A stretch of DNA of 63,783 bases, counting the filler, from Octopus bimaculoides (Eukaryota): NCBI RefSeq assembly GCF_001194135.2. It is 3 parts of 3 records of this genome, joined end to end, with 100 filler letters (N's around TTAATTAATTAA, not from the genome) between each part and the next. Parts side by side here need not be neighbours in the genome. Positions count along the whole stretch, not along the records: positions 57,192 to 63,783 come from NC_068990.1; 2 more parts are not named here. One strand, written 5' to 3'. Positions 63,753-63,783 of this stretch are shown piece by piece (position 1 is the first letter of the stretch; every line of letters starts with the position of its first letter). Made by a program: the position numbers and the translations under genes. The notes below the pieces were generated by a model. It did not search any database. It saw nothing but the letters and a program-made list of their open reading frames with translations, and was not told the DNA's origin.

Positions 63753-63783
<31 letters not shown>

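Overview
AT-rich, microsatellite- and SINE-dense animal genomic DNA. The repeat landscape fits an octopod cephalopod (inference from repeat style, no database search). Two identical 100-bp spacers (N44-TTAATTAATTAA-N44 at 27626-27725 and 57092-57191) show the window is three scaffolds stitched together. The middle scaffold holds 12 consecutive internal exons (1306 nt, about 435 codons) of cytosolic leucyl-tRNA synthetase (LARS1, + strand, 29207-55755), covering the CP1 editing domain; the 5' exons (HIGH motif) and 3' exons are not visible. An intronless RPL21 retrocopy with one in-frame stop lies at 8141-8620. The rest is decayed mobile DNA: several tRNA-derived or RTE-tailed SINE families, a short-LTR Gypsy relic, a HERO-like restriction-like-endonuclease retroelement, CR1- and Tx1-like 3' ends, Tc1, maT and mariner elements, hAT, piggyBac- and Tigger-like MITEs, and Penelope-like relics. 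The most notable signal is a set of about nine minimal Penelope-type hammerhead ribozyme motifs, mostly at the ends of outward-facing inverted elements. One such element is a head-to-head pair of a tRNA-headed, (AAT)n-linked, hammerhead-bearing unit at about 53990-54575. No CRISPR array, rRNA gene or intact tRNA gene was seen.
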